From positions 147,952 through 211,951 of the forward strand of contig BCKQ01000003.1 of NCBI GenBank assembly GCA_001600695.1: a stretch of 64,000 nt of DNA, in the 5' to 3' direction. Position numbers and translations under genes: made by a program. Positions 23,674-34,515 of this stretch are shown piece after piece. Position 1 is the stretch's first letter, and every line of letters starts with the position of its first letter. Source of the stretch: Ascoidea asiatica JCM 7603. Lineage: Eukaryota > Fungi > Ascomycota. Under the pieces are notes generated by a model. That model had not been told where the DNA came from, did not search any database, and saw only the letters and a list, made by a program, of their open reading frames with translations.

Positions 23674-23975
23674 AATTATAATATTACCATATCAATAAAT
23701 TATCATCACTATCATTAGTTCATACGAATTACATTAATCCAAAAACAACATACATTTTCATTTCCAATTACAGGTATTCGCAAGTTAAATCATTGGATTT
23801 AATTGCTAAACTGGATGATAAAATAAATTTTGATTCTTTATTATTACATTAATTCAGTCGCTTTAAATATGAAAATGAATCTGAAAGAAAAGATGAAAAG
23901 TTGAGTAAATGAAAAGTAAAACACGTTCACCAAAGAAAAGTTTTTTAGGTCTTCTTCAATGAATAATATTAGAAA

Positions 23976-23983
23976 TTACCCGG
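23976..23983. promoter_or_regulatory. Reb1 site TTACCCGG between the snoRNA host and tRNA-Tyr
   Basis: Exact consensus. A TATTTAAA element on the minus strand at about 23869-23862 lies between it and the first 5' splice site. Confidence 0.55.
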
Positions 23984-24072
23984 AACAAAGACTTTAATTG
24001 CTTAGGTAAGCTGTTACATAATAAGGTAAGAGCAAGGTATGATTTGAAAAGTAAGAAAAGAAACAAGAATTG

Positions 24073-24172
24073 CTCCCGGTGGCCAAGCTGGCTAAGGCGC
24101 GAGACTGTAATGTTTCACTTTGTGAGAATCAAAGTAATCTTGAGATCGGGTGTTCGACTCACCCCCGGGAGA
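24073..24172 (+). tRNA. tRNA-Tyr(GUA) with a 26-nt intron (24111-24136)
   Basis: CTCCCGG/CCGGGAG acceptor stem; TGGCCAAGCTGG A box; CGAGA-CT-GTA-A[intron]A-TCTTG anticodon arm; GGGTGTTCGACTCACCC T arm; oligo-T follows. Confidence 0.97.
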
Positions 24173-24303
24173 TTTCTTTTTTTTCTTCAAATTGTTTTTT
24201 TTTTAATTAGCATTTAACTTACTAAAAATAAAGTTACTCAATTAACGTTTCGTCTACAGATAGATTAAACACTGATAAAAAAATGATTCAATTAATAAAC
24301 TAT

Positions 24304-26500
24304 TTAGTAACTTAGAAGTCTTCTATGATTTTGACGATAAACTAGATTCTCTTTCATCAAATGTGTTAGATACTTATTCCAAATAGAATCGCTCTGAAGA
24401 ACATTTTCATTTCCAATTACAAATAATCCAATTTTGGCTCTTGTAAGTGCAACATTCAATCTCCTTTCATCACCAAGGAATCCAATATTTACATTAAATT
24501 ATTTCTAACACAAGAAAAAATAATATAATTCTTTTCTCTTCCTTGAAAAGCATCAATTGAAGATATTTCAACCCCTCTAACATTTCTAATTGTAGGAACA
24601 GTTTTAACAACATTAAACAGATACTCACTTTGTTTATAAGAGGATATCATTCTTAAGCTAGGGTCTCTCCAGTTCGATATTGAATCTACCAGCATCCAAC
24701 TTCTAAATTTATCTTTTGAGCTCGAATTTCTTAAATTAAGATTTCTTTGAAAATTGGATGTTAAACTCAGAACATCATAATCTTCGTCAGACAGATTTTC
24801 GGACAGATTTGATGATTCAAATCCATAAAAATCATTCAACATTGTTTCAATTGTATCTCCAATTAACTCTCTTTGCCCAGAATACGGGGTAATTATACCT
24901 ATGTCCTTTAGATTGATTTTTTTTTTCTCAATTAAATTTTTCAAAATATCTGAACAAATATCAGCTTCAACTTCATTTTCATATGTAGGTTTATTTCTTC
25001 TAGTCTTATGATCAAATAATGATACCTTATTTTCAAATTTATCATGATGTACAAAAATTGATTGAGAATCAATACCCAACCATGGAAATTGAGGTTTTGA
25101 ATCTAATCTATTCAATTCATTAACACCATCAAATAATTTTCCATTATAAAATACATTCCTAGGAAATTTACTTATTGAAGGATGCATTCTATATTGAAAT
25201 TTAACATTAACATATCATTTTTATTCAATTTTAATAACCTCTCAAAAAATGATAATTTTAATTCTTCTGGACCTCCTTGGGAAACAAAAGGCCCAAGTTG
25301 CGTGGGATCACCAACAAGAATTAATTTAAATAAATCTAATGAGCTTAATGTTGACAAAGGTATCATTAATTCACATTCTTTAACTTGTGTGGCTTCATCA
25401 ATTAATATATAATCAAAGTGCAAGTTATCAATTATCGTAGATGCTCCACATGCAACAGTTGTACAACATATAATATTATATTGATTGAGTATTGATTTTT
25501 TGATTGAATTGCTTTGGTTAATTATTTTAGTAATATGTTCTTTATCTTCAATATTGTTTCTGATTGATTTATTATATTTTTCTTTCTGTGATGAATCAAA
25601 TAAATCATATATCTTTGTGTGTAAGCACAAATTAACTATTTCCTTTCTTGATTTTTTCTCTTTATAACAATCATAATCTAAAAACTTGGAACTTGCAACA
25701 ATCCTTAAGACCTTTAAGCCTTTTTTTGCTAATTTCAAAGCAAGATTATCAACAGCAACATTAGAGCCTGCAGATATTAAAAACTTTTTATTAGGATTTT
25801 CATTAAATAATCTACCTATAATATCCACTGATGTAGTTGTTTTCCCAGTTCCAGGAGGTCCTTGTATAAAAGTAACATAATTAATCAACGATTTTTCAAT
25901 TGCATTAATTTGACTATTATTTAATTTTTCATTGTTTTGATATAATTCAGTATTGAAACTTTTTTCATGAGAATCATTTTTTAAATAATTATTATCAATT
26001 AATTTTCCAGTTATCAATAATTCTATTAACCTTGAAGTATAATTACAAGAATTAGATCTTTGATATAAAGAATGGGTAGCTTTAGCAACTCTTAAAAGAA
26101 TAGGATCTGGAAATATTAATACAAAACCTTTTTTAAAAATTAATTTTTCAGTGGAAGTTGGCTTTTCAGATAAATTACTTCTTGAAGTTTCAAGGTAAAT
26201 CTGCCATTTAAGCATATCTCTTTCTTCCGAGCAACGATCAATTTTCAACCAATAACAGCTTTTATTCTTTTCATTATATAAAATCAAAAACGAATCTTGG
26301 AGAATAGAGCGTATATTAAAACCATTGAACATACGTTTAATCTTAGATATTTCTAACTTATCCAGAATTTTTATTTCTATATTGGTAGAAGTAAAGTCTT
26401 CACTAAGTTGAAAGTTTTCTATTTTTTTTGAGGTTTGGTGGTTCTCTAAAAAAGAATTTTTCAATTGAGCATTAAGATAAGATCGAAATTTTTCTTTCAT
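24304..26500 (-). pseudogene. Upf1-like SF1 helicase (Ecm32/Mtt1-like) split by two -1 frame breaks (pseudogene, recoded gene or sequence error)
   Basis: [36 protein letters not shown] | QYRMHPSIS..GIITPYSGQ..IDAFQGREK..SCVR | NIGFLGDERRLNVALTRAK. Frame breaks fall at about 25198 and 24496; the final stop is TAA 24306-24304. About 732 aa when joined. Confidence 0.85.
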
Positions 26501-27621
26501 TTTTCTAATAAATTTTATTTGTTTTATTTAATTTTATGGAATGATTAGAAGTTAATTATCGAAAGAAAGATAAAAATACAACGACTTTTATATAAGAAAA
26601 AAAAGATATAAGAAAATTTGTAATAAAATTTAAATCTTCTGAATTGTTAAACCCCTTTGAAGCCATGCTTAGAGATACTATAATTAAAAAGTCAGTAAGA
26701 AAATGAATAAATTAAAAGTTTCCTCTTTCGAACTTACATGATTTTTTTCACTTTTTTAAGATGATGGATGAGAAACAAAAAAAATATTCTAGAATATTCT
26801 TAACTTGACACTTTTAATGTATTTTTAAAATATTATATATTTTTTCAAAAAGGGATAATTCATGAATATCTTAAATAATTGAATCTATATTGATTCTAAG
26901 ATTGGAAATGGATTATTTAAGAATTAATCAATTTTAAGATATATTAAATTTAAAGGAGTGCTTTGATCTAAATTAGTTTTATTATTTCTCTTGACTTCTC
27001 ATTTGAAGGTTTCTGTAAAATTTTCATATATCTTGAATTAGTAACTACTAAATCATTTTTGTAGGCACTTAATGACCTTCAAGAGGTTTGTTAAGTGAAT
27101 TTGACAATACCTTATTTTTCTTAAAAAACATTTCAGAATAAAATAGTGGAGTCTCAAGTAAATACTGTATTTATTCACTTTATTTTTTAATAATATTTCT
27201 TAATTCAGCCAAATTTTCAAAACCATTTTTTGGACTTTATTGAAAATCTAGGTTTAAATTCCCTGAGAATTTTCAATAAGACACAAAAAATAGCTTTTAG
27301 TGTTTCTACAAACACGAACAGGAACTGTATGCGTTCGAATTTATATGAACAACATTTATTTGTTTTTTCTCTCTAATCTATTTTTTAAAATTCTTTTTCT
27401 CCACAGCAGTGACAGTTTCGAAAGTATTTGATGTCAAAGTGGTTTAACTGTACAACTTATAATTTTAAACACTTTTAATCTGCTTGATCTAGAAACAATA
27501 ACAACAAATGTTGTCAGCAAGAACAAAAACCTATTTCCGCTCTTGAATTCATCTCAAGATAACAATGGATGTTGGATCTCTAAAACAGGCCAGTCGGAGT
27601 TCTCCGTCTTCGGATAAATAG

Positions 27622-28063
27622 CACGTGCTCAGATGTCAAAGGCTGCTTTTTCCGGCATGTGACTTTTTTGGTTTCCGCTTTTAAGCTTTGTTTTTCCGAA
27701 TTGCCGCTGGGTGCAGAACCAAATCAAAAACTGTAAGTGAAATTGAAAAAGGAAACACAAAACACAAAACACAAAAAATGCTGGTGCAAAATATGTCTGA
27801 GGAAAAAGGTGAGTGATCAGCCATAGGTTTTTTTTTTGATTCAACTGCTTTTCTATCCATGTTCAGATAATAAATGTAACAAATTAGCCTGAGTTAATGT
27901 AACCCAACTACTATGTTCTTAAGATGTTTTTTTTTCGGAAACCAATTTTTCCTATCTTTTAAATAGCTTTTCATTATTAGTAATATTTAGTGCATCAGTA
28001 TCCTTTGAAGTTTTTGGTTTTCTTTCTAAAATTTCAGTTTATAAACGGTCCAGTGCCCACGTT
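27622..28063. promoter_or_regulatory. Pho4-type E-boxes upstream of the GIT1-like gene
   Basis: GCACGTGC (CACGTG 27622-27627) and CACGTT 28058-28063. CATGTG (ICRE-like) cores occur near 27656 and 28306. Confidence 0.4.
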
Positions 28064-28722
28064 TCTTTAAAAAAAGCTTGAACTTCAAACCATATTACAA
28101 AAGAATCCCAAATTGAAAGAAGAGATTAGAGGAATTTTATTTATCCACCAACTATGCATGCTAAATCAAGCTACCCAATTCTGTATTTTAAGTAATTCTC
28201 AAAAAACTTCAAATCCTATCTTTCTTTAGGGAAAATGAGAGATCAAAAAGCTATAATTTACATATAACTCTTCATATTTTGCAACCTATTTGGCTAAATT
28301 TATGGCATGTGGGCAACCTTAGTTTTTAGAATTCTATTTAATTCTGATTTTATTCATTTTAATATATATCTGAGGGACGATATTAACTAACTTATTCGGA
28401 AAATGCTTTAATTTTAAAATGAAAATTTTTTTAATCAAAAACCGTTTAAATAAAGTTTCCAAAAATAAGTAATAATTAAATAAAAAAAATTAAAAAAAAA
28501 ATGTGGAAAATAGCTACAACAAAAATCCAAAGGAAAAATCAATATGCTTCATCTTATTATATGAAAATCTATAGCCAGTTTCTTTTGAAAAGAACGATAA
28601 AAATTTACCAAATAATATAAATTTAAATGGAATTCCCATGATTTCTAATTTTCATTATCAAAACTATAAGAATAATACAATAACATAATTATTACTTTTC
28701 ACTTTACTTTAATACTAATAAA

Positions 28723-30259
28723 ATGGATTCTAAAGCACCAATTGAAGTAGTTAATATCCAGAAAAATCCATCCTCAGTGGATGAATCAAAGGATACTAAT
28801 TCTTCAAATATAGATATTACCGAAGATAGTACTATAACATATGATGAAGAAGAACGTAAAGAAAGATATTTGAAAAAAAAATCTTTATCAGATATTTTAA
28901 CAATTATTTGTGCTGGTGCTGCTTTAATTAGTGATGGTTATCAAAATAATACAATGAATATGTTAAATTCAGTTTTTACGGCTGAATTTCCAAAAATTTT
29001 TGATGCAACTTTAAAAACGAGACTTTCAAATTCTCTTTTAATTGGTGAAATTTTAGGTCAAATTACTGTTGGTTTAACTTGTGATTATTATGGTAGAAAA
29101 TGGGCAATTGTTGCAACTACTTTATTAATTGTATTAGGTGCTATTTTATGTACTGCAGCCCATGGAACTACTACTCTTGGTATGTTTTGGATGTTAATTG
29201 TTTCAAGAGGAATTACTGGATTTGGTGTAGGTGGTGAATATCCTGCTTCTTCAACTGCTGCATCTGAAGCTGCAAATGAAACAACAAAAAGACGTGGAGG
29301 TATTTTTGTACTTGTTACAAATTTGCCACTTTCTCTTGGTGGACCTTTTGCAATTATTGTTTTTTTAATTGTTTATTCTGCTTGTGGTTCTAATAATAAA
29401 CATTTAGAAACTGTATGGAGAGTATGCTTTGGTTTAGGAATTGTTTGGCCATTATCGGTTTTTTATTTTAGATGGAAAATGGCAACTTCAGTTTTATATA
29501 AAAAGGGGGCGATTAAAAGAAATGTTCCATATGTATATAGTTAAGTATTATTGAAGAAGATTGATTGGTACATGTGCTTGTTGGTTTATTTATGATTTTG
29601 TAACTTTTCCAAATAGTATTTTTTCTTCAACTATTATTTCATCAGTTTTAGGTAAAAATACAACAATCAAAAAAACTGCAGAATGGAATTTATTATTAGG
29701 TATAATTTGTATTCCTGGTTTACTTGTTGGTGCATGGACAGTTGATAAAATTGGTAGAAAATATACAATGATTATTGGATTTTTAGGATATCTTGTTATT
29801 GGATTGATTATTGGTTGTGCATATGATCAAATTCGTAAAATAGTTCCATTATTTATTGTATTTTATGGTCTTTTTAATGGATTTGGTAATTTAGGTCCTG
29901 GTAATACTTTAGGATTAACATCAAGTGAATGTTTTGCAACTCCATTACGTGGAACATTTTATGGATTATCAGCAGCTCTTGGTAAAACTGGAGCAGCCGT
30001 TGGAACTCAATGTTTTACACCAATTCAAAATAATTTAGGTAAAAGATGGACCTTTATCATTGCTGCCATCTTAGGTTTGATCGGAGTAGTTATTGCTTGG
30101 TTCTGTATACCTCACTTAACAGAAGATGATTTAATGATGGAAGATATTAACTTTGAGAAATATTTAAGAGCCAATGGATGGACTGGTACTTTTGGTGAAG
30201 AAGAAAAAGATAACGTTGCGATTATTAAAAAAGATGTTGAAAAAGATATTAAAAAATAA
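28723..30259 (+). pseudogene. GIT1: Glycerophosphodiester (GroPIns) MFS transporter, Git1-like, disrupted
   Basis: ALISDGYQNN, GVGGEYP, YDFVTFPN and LGKTGAAVG match GIT1. A frameshift near 29536 and a TGA at 29552-29554, in place of the conserved Trp of YWxRL, split it into ORFs 28723..29544 and 29561..30259. Confidence 0.88.
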
Positions 30260-31623
30260 TCAACTTCACTCTCTTTTTTTTGTTTTATATTTCATTATAT
30301 TTTGAGTTGTTCAATCATTACTTTTATATAGTAATTCTTCTAATTTTTTTTCTAATCATACACTTTCTATTTTTCGATAGCTTTCCTGTTTGTCAATAGA
30401 TATTTTGTATACATTCATAGATATTTTTTCTTGAATCTGAAGGTATAAAATTGTTTATCAATAGTCTCATTTTAGCCTATTTTATTCAACAACCATAAAA
30501 AATTGTAAGTTAATAAAAACCCCCGATATAATCAATCGAAAAATGAATAATTGATATTTTAGTAGTGCTTTATTTCAAATTTATTCGCTGCTTTTGGCGT
30601 GTTTTTGTTTTTGCACTTAACACTAACCGATTCCAGGAAAGTTGTAGCCGGCATGAAGTGAATCATTTTAATTCAATTAAATTTTGTAGTAATATCAACG
30701 AATCCCCAGAGTTAAGCAAAGTATTTTTGGAGTGGATTTTATCTGCTTTCATCACTTTTTTTCAGGTGGATAAATGAAAAAGATTTTCAAAAGACGTCAT
30801 AAAAGTATGCTTTTACCTAATTTTTATGTAGTTTTCATTTGATTTATAAATGAAATTTTTGCCTATTACCAAAAGAAAGTGAGAAAGTGATTTTTAAAGG
30901 CAAAAAAGGGTTTAGTCCATTGATAATTTCTACAAATAACTCCCGTTTCTGAATTACCTTTATTGGTGATTTAACAATGCATACTTGTGCAACAAGAACA
31001 AGACTGTCCTCAGATTTGTATTTTAGTACTAATATACCCTTTTTATCAGGAGTTATGTTACATTTCTCTCTCTGACAAGATCTACATATACTCTAAATTT
31101 AAATAAATCCCATTCTTCTTAGGGAATAGTAATATTCACCTCCAAAGGTCTGCTCACACCATTGAGATATTTTATTTAGGCAGCAGAAGCAAATGAAGGA
31201 AATTGAACTTCGTCAAACTTCAAAACAAACAGAAAAGCAAGTATTCACTTTTTCAAAATAATATTTGAAATACGAAGACAAAAACGACAAGATAGAAGAA
31301 GTGCGTTTCAGTTGTTGACGAAAAAAAGTTCATAAAAAAAAGGAAAAAGAATATCAAGTCATGAACCAGAAATAGGAAAAAAAATCATCTCGAGACAGAT
31401 TAAGTAATCCTAAATAGCCCTCGCTAGAATCTCAATCTGCAATTTCACTAAAACCACTTCATCCAAATCTTCAATAGACTTGTCATAATCAAACAATGAC
31501 CATCTTAAAAGCCCATTTCTGCCATAAAATTAACGAGTTTGTTTTTTTTTTTTTTTTTGCTTGGTTTTTTACCAAGTTTTTTAAGTGCTCACTTTAAATT
31601 TTGTCGTTGTTACAGATTCAAGA

Positions 31624-31645
31624 TGCCAAGACTTTGCCAAGACTT
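31624..31645 (+). promoter_or_regulatory. Tandem Rim101/PacC sites (TGCCAAG x2)
   Basis: The direct repeat TGCCAAGACTT occurs twice, about 600 bp upstream of the pectate lyase ATG. Confidence 0.55.
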
Positions 31646-32232
31646 TCTAATAAAAGCATTGAATAAAACAAGACTTTTTGCCAATACAAATATTTTCTTT
31701 CTTTTATTTTCTCTTATTTCTCTGAATTTTGTTATTCCAAAGAGTTTCAAATGATGAAAATTCGATTAAATAATTTATTCATTCGCAAATCTGACAATAC
31801 AATGAATTATTTGAGATGAATGCTTTGATAATACTAATTTCTTGGAAACAATAGGCAAAATTCAATTCTCAAAAAATGAGATAATTATTAATTTGAAATG
31901 AATTTATGAATATTATTGATCTAGTTGGGAACTCTACCACTGTACAACCATCGTTAGTATGTATTGAAGATAGAAGTTTAATTTCTTTAATGTAAAACTT
32001 CAAAAACTAAAAAACAAAAAAATTAGTACAAATAGGTGTAGTTTTCCCTCAATTTTTCAGTGGATTTTGTGTTCTTTTTTTTTTATTTATTATTCAAAAT
32101 TAATATATTATTTATTATATATATTTTAAAGTAATTAAACATAAAATCTCAGTTTTATTTTTAATTTCTATACTAGTCATTCCTTCAAACTATACAACTT
32201 TATTTCTCTTTATTTTTTAAATTAAAATCAAA

Positions 32233-33234
32233 ATGATTTTTACAACAATTGCAAAAGCATTATTTGCAACAATTATCACTTCAAGTGTTATGACAAGTGC
32301 AATTCCAATTGATGGTGAAGAAGCTGAATTAGCTAAAAGATATCAACAAGAATTATTAGAAAAAAGAAGTGATGACACTGCTTTTGGATATGCCTCATTA
32401 AATGGTGGTACTACTGGTGGTTCTGGTGGAACTACTGTTTCTGTTAGTACTTTAGCTGATTTAAAAACTTATGCCAAAAAATCAGGTAGTTATATTATTT
32501 ATATTACTAAATCAATTTCTGGTGATGAAGCAGTTCCGGTTACTTCAGATAAAACCATTTTAGGTAAATCTTCAGGTATTACTTTAACTGGTGTTGGTTT
32601 AAGAGTTAAAGGTGCATCAAATGTTATTATCAGAAATTTAGCAATTGCCAAATGTTTAGCTCCCGTTGATGCAATTGCAGTTCAAAAATCAACTAATGTT
32701 TGGATTGATCACTGTGAAATGTCTTCTGATACTAGTCATGGTAAAGATTACTATGATGGTTTAATGGATGTTACTCATGCTTGTGATTATGTTACCATTT
32801 CTAACTGTTATTTACATGATCATTACAAGGCCTCTTTAGTTGGTCATTCCGACAGTAACAGCTCTGAAGATACTGGACATTTAACTGTTACTTATGCTTA
32901 TAATTATTTCAAAAACTTAAATTCAAGAGGTCCAAGTTTAAGATTCGGTACTGCACATATTTACAATAACTATTATAATAGTATGAGTGATTGTATTAAT
33001 GTTAGAAAGGGTGCAACTGCTTTAGTTGAAAGTAACGTTTTTGTTGATGCTGATAAACCATTATACTCAGTTGATGGTACTGGATCAGCTTCTTCTTCAG
33101 GTAATGATTTCGGTGATGCTTCTGCTGATATTGACTCAGCTAGTGTCAGCATGTCTTATTCATATACTTTGAAATCTTCTTCAGCTGTTGCAGCTTATGT
33201 TTCAAGTAATGCAGGTGCTAATTTATCATTTTAG
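32233..33234 (+). CDS. Secreted pectate lyase, polysaccharide lyase family 1
   Basis: Signal peptide; pro-region with Kex2 KR sites; GYASLNGGTTGG, SDKTILG, NVIIRNL, vWIDH, DGLMD, RGPSLRFGTAHIYNNYY. Confidence 0.95.
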   Translation: MIFTTIAKALFATIITSSVMTSAIPIDGEEAELAKRYQQELLEKRSDDTAFGYASLNGGTTGGSGGTTVSVSTLADLKTYAKKSGSYIIYITKSISGDEAVPVTSDKTILGKSSGITLTGVGLRVKGASNVIIRNLAIAKCLAPVDAIAVQKSTNVWIDHCEMSSDTSHGKDYYDGLMDVTHACDYVTISNCYLHDHYKASLVGHSDSNSSEDTGHLTVTYAYNYFKNLNSRGPSLRFGTAHIYNNYYNSMSDCINVRKGATALVESNVFVDADKPLYSVDGTGSASSSGNDFGDASADIDSASVSMSYSYTLKSSSAVAAYVSSNAGANLSF

Positions 33235-34515
33235 ATGTATTTAATTATTTCTCTTTAAATTTCAATTTTTCTTTTTATTTTTTTTGGCTTTTAAGGTTTT
33301 ATAGGTTTTTGCAATAAATTCAGTAATTTCTTAGCTTCACGAGTTATTTCAATTAATCATTTGAATGATAAAACCTTGTCTTTCAAATTTCAACCATTAT
33401 TACTCTTTCAACTTCTATCATATCGCAACTCATCTTTTTTAAATGATCTACTGAAAACTGATCCTAAGGTACTTTACTCGTTAGACGCTAGAGGCTATCG
33501 GTTATTTGATCTTTTGAGGAGAACGCGAAATATTTTTTTTTTGAAAAGTAAATAAAAAAAGTAAACATCAATTTTAATTCTTGCAGTTTGGCGTTTTTTT
33601 CACTTTCCCTATTTATTTGCTAGTAGAGACCAGAAATGTGGATCTGATTGAAGAAGAACTTCCGAGGGCTAAACTAGCCGCATCAGCAGATTAATCAGCC
33701 TCTCTATCTTCTTGAATTTGTAAGAGCTCAGCCCGGTTGTGTATGAATGTGGCTCGCATCCAGGTTTGCGGTTGCGGGCTGCCGCCGCGCTGTGCGTGCT
33801 CCTTTCTTCTTTTTCTCTGTTTTTTGCATCTTTTTTTGCGGTTTTCGCGGTTTTCGAGTTTATTTTGTATTTTCTCTCTTTGCAGAGGTATTTCAGTCAC
33901 AGAATTTATGCCTTTTCACAAGATTTGAATATTCCAAGATTCTTTCGATATCGAAATTTGCCTTTGTTTCTCTTTTGGTTCTTTGTTGTTTCTCGCTTGT
34001 TTCTATTTTGTTTATATTTTGTTTCTGCTTTGTTCCATTTTGTTTGTTTCTCTTTTGATTATTTTGTTTTGTTTTATTCTTTTTTAGCTCTAATCTGGTT
34101 TAATTTTTTCAAATATATTATATATATTTTAAATTATTCAAATTTGGTTATTGTTTTGCTATTTTGTTGAGATTGAACCTGTTGATATTTAATAGATTGC
34201 ATTCGAAAATAAAATAGATCAATATTCACTTCTCTTTCCTAATTTATCATCATCCATCTTTATATCATCTCATTTCAATCCATCCAAATCCAATTCAGCT
34301 CGAATTCAAATCAAATCAATTGCCATCCACTAGATCATACATCTATTCAAATTAGTTCTTCCAATTTCTTCCAATTTGATATTCTTTTCCTGCATTTCAT
34401 TTTCTCATCTCAAATTCCACTTCCTTCACTTTTTCAAAGTTTTTTCAGCGCGCTTATGAATTCAAATTTCTTTGTTTAAATACTGAAATATATGATAATA
34501 TAAAATATATAAAAA

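Larger units (their letters stand above)
23100..23850 (-). ncRNA. Spliced non-coding snoRNA host transcript with two introns (outer ends approximate)
   Basis: Intron 1: GTATGT at 23753, CACTAAC 23510-23504, TAG ending 23486. Exon 2 is 23485-23436 (50 nt). Intron 2: GTAAGT at 23435, TACTAAC 23242-23236, TAG ending 23223. The spliced exons encode only MKIFK-stop. Confidence 0.8.

Noticed and set aside
29552-29554. TGA recoded as Trp (also at 395-393)
   Set aside because: Both occur in genes with other lesions. Intact genes use TGG for Trp, and TGA ends ORFs normally (8905-8907, 49482-49484).
29533-29559. Micro-intron (GTATAT..AG) rescuing the GIT1 break
   Set aside because: The candidate lengths of 24 and 27 nt do not change frame, and there is no branch point.
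33675-33790. URS1/Ume6-like sites (TAGCCGCA, TGCCGCCG) upstream of VIR1
   Set aside because: Both mismatch the AGCCGCC core and lie in a GC-rich patch, so they are too weak to call.
33691-34170. Overlapping Phe/Leu-rich ORFs (also 8136-8844, 18742-18933, 54082-54366, 62774-62992)
   Set aside because: Artefacts of T-rich intergenic tracts that lack stop codons.
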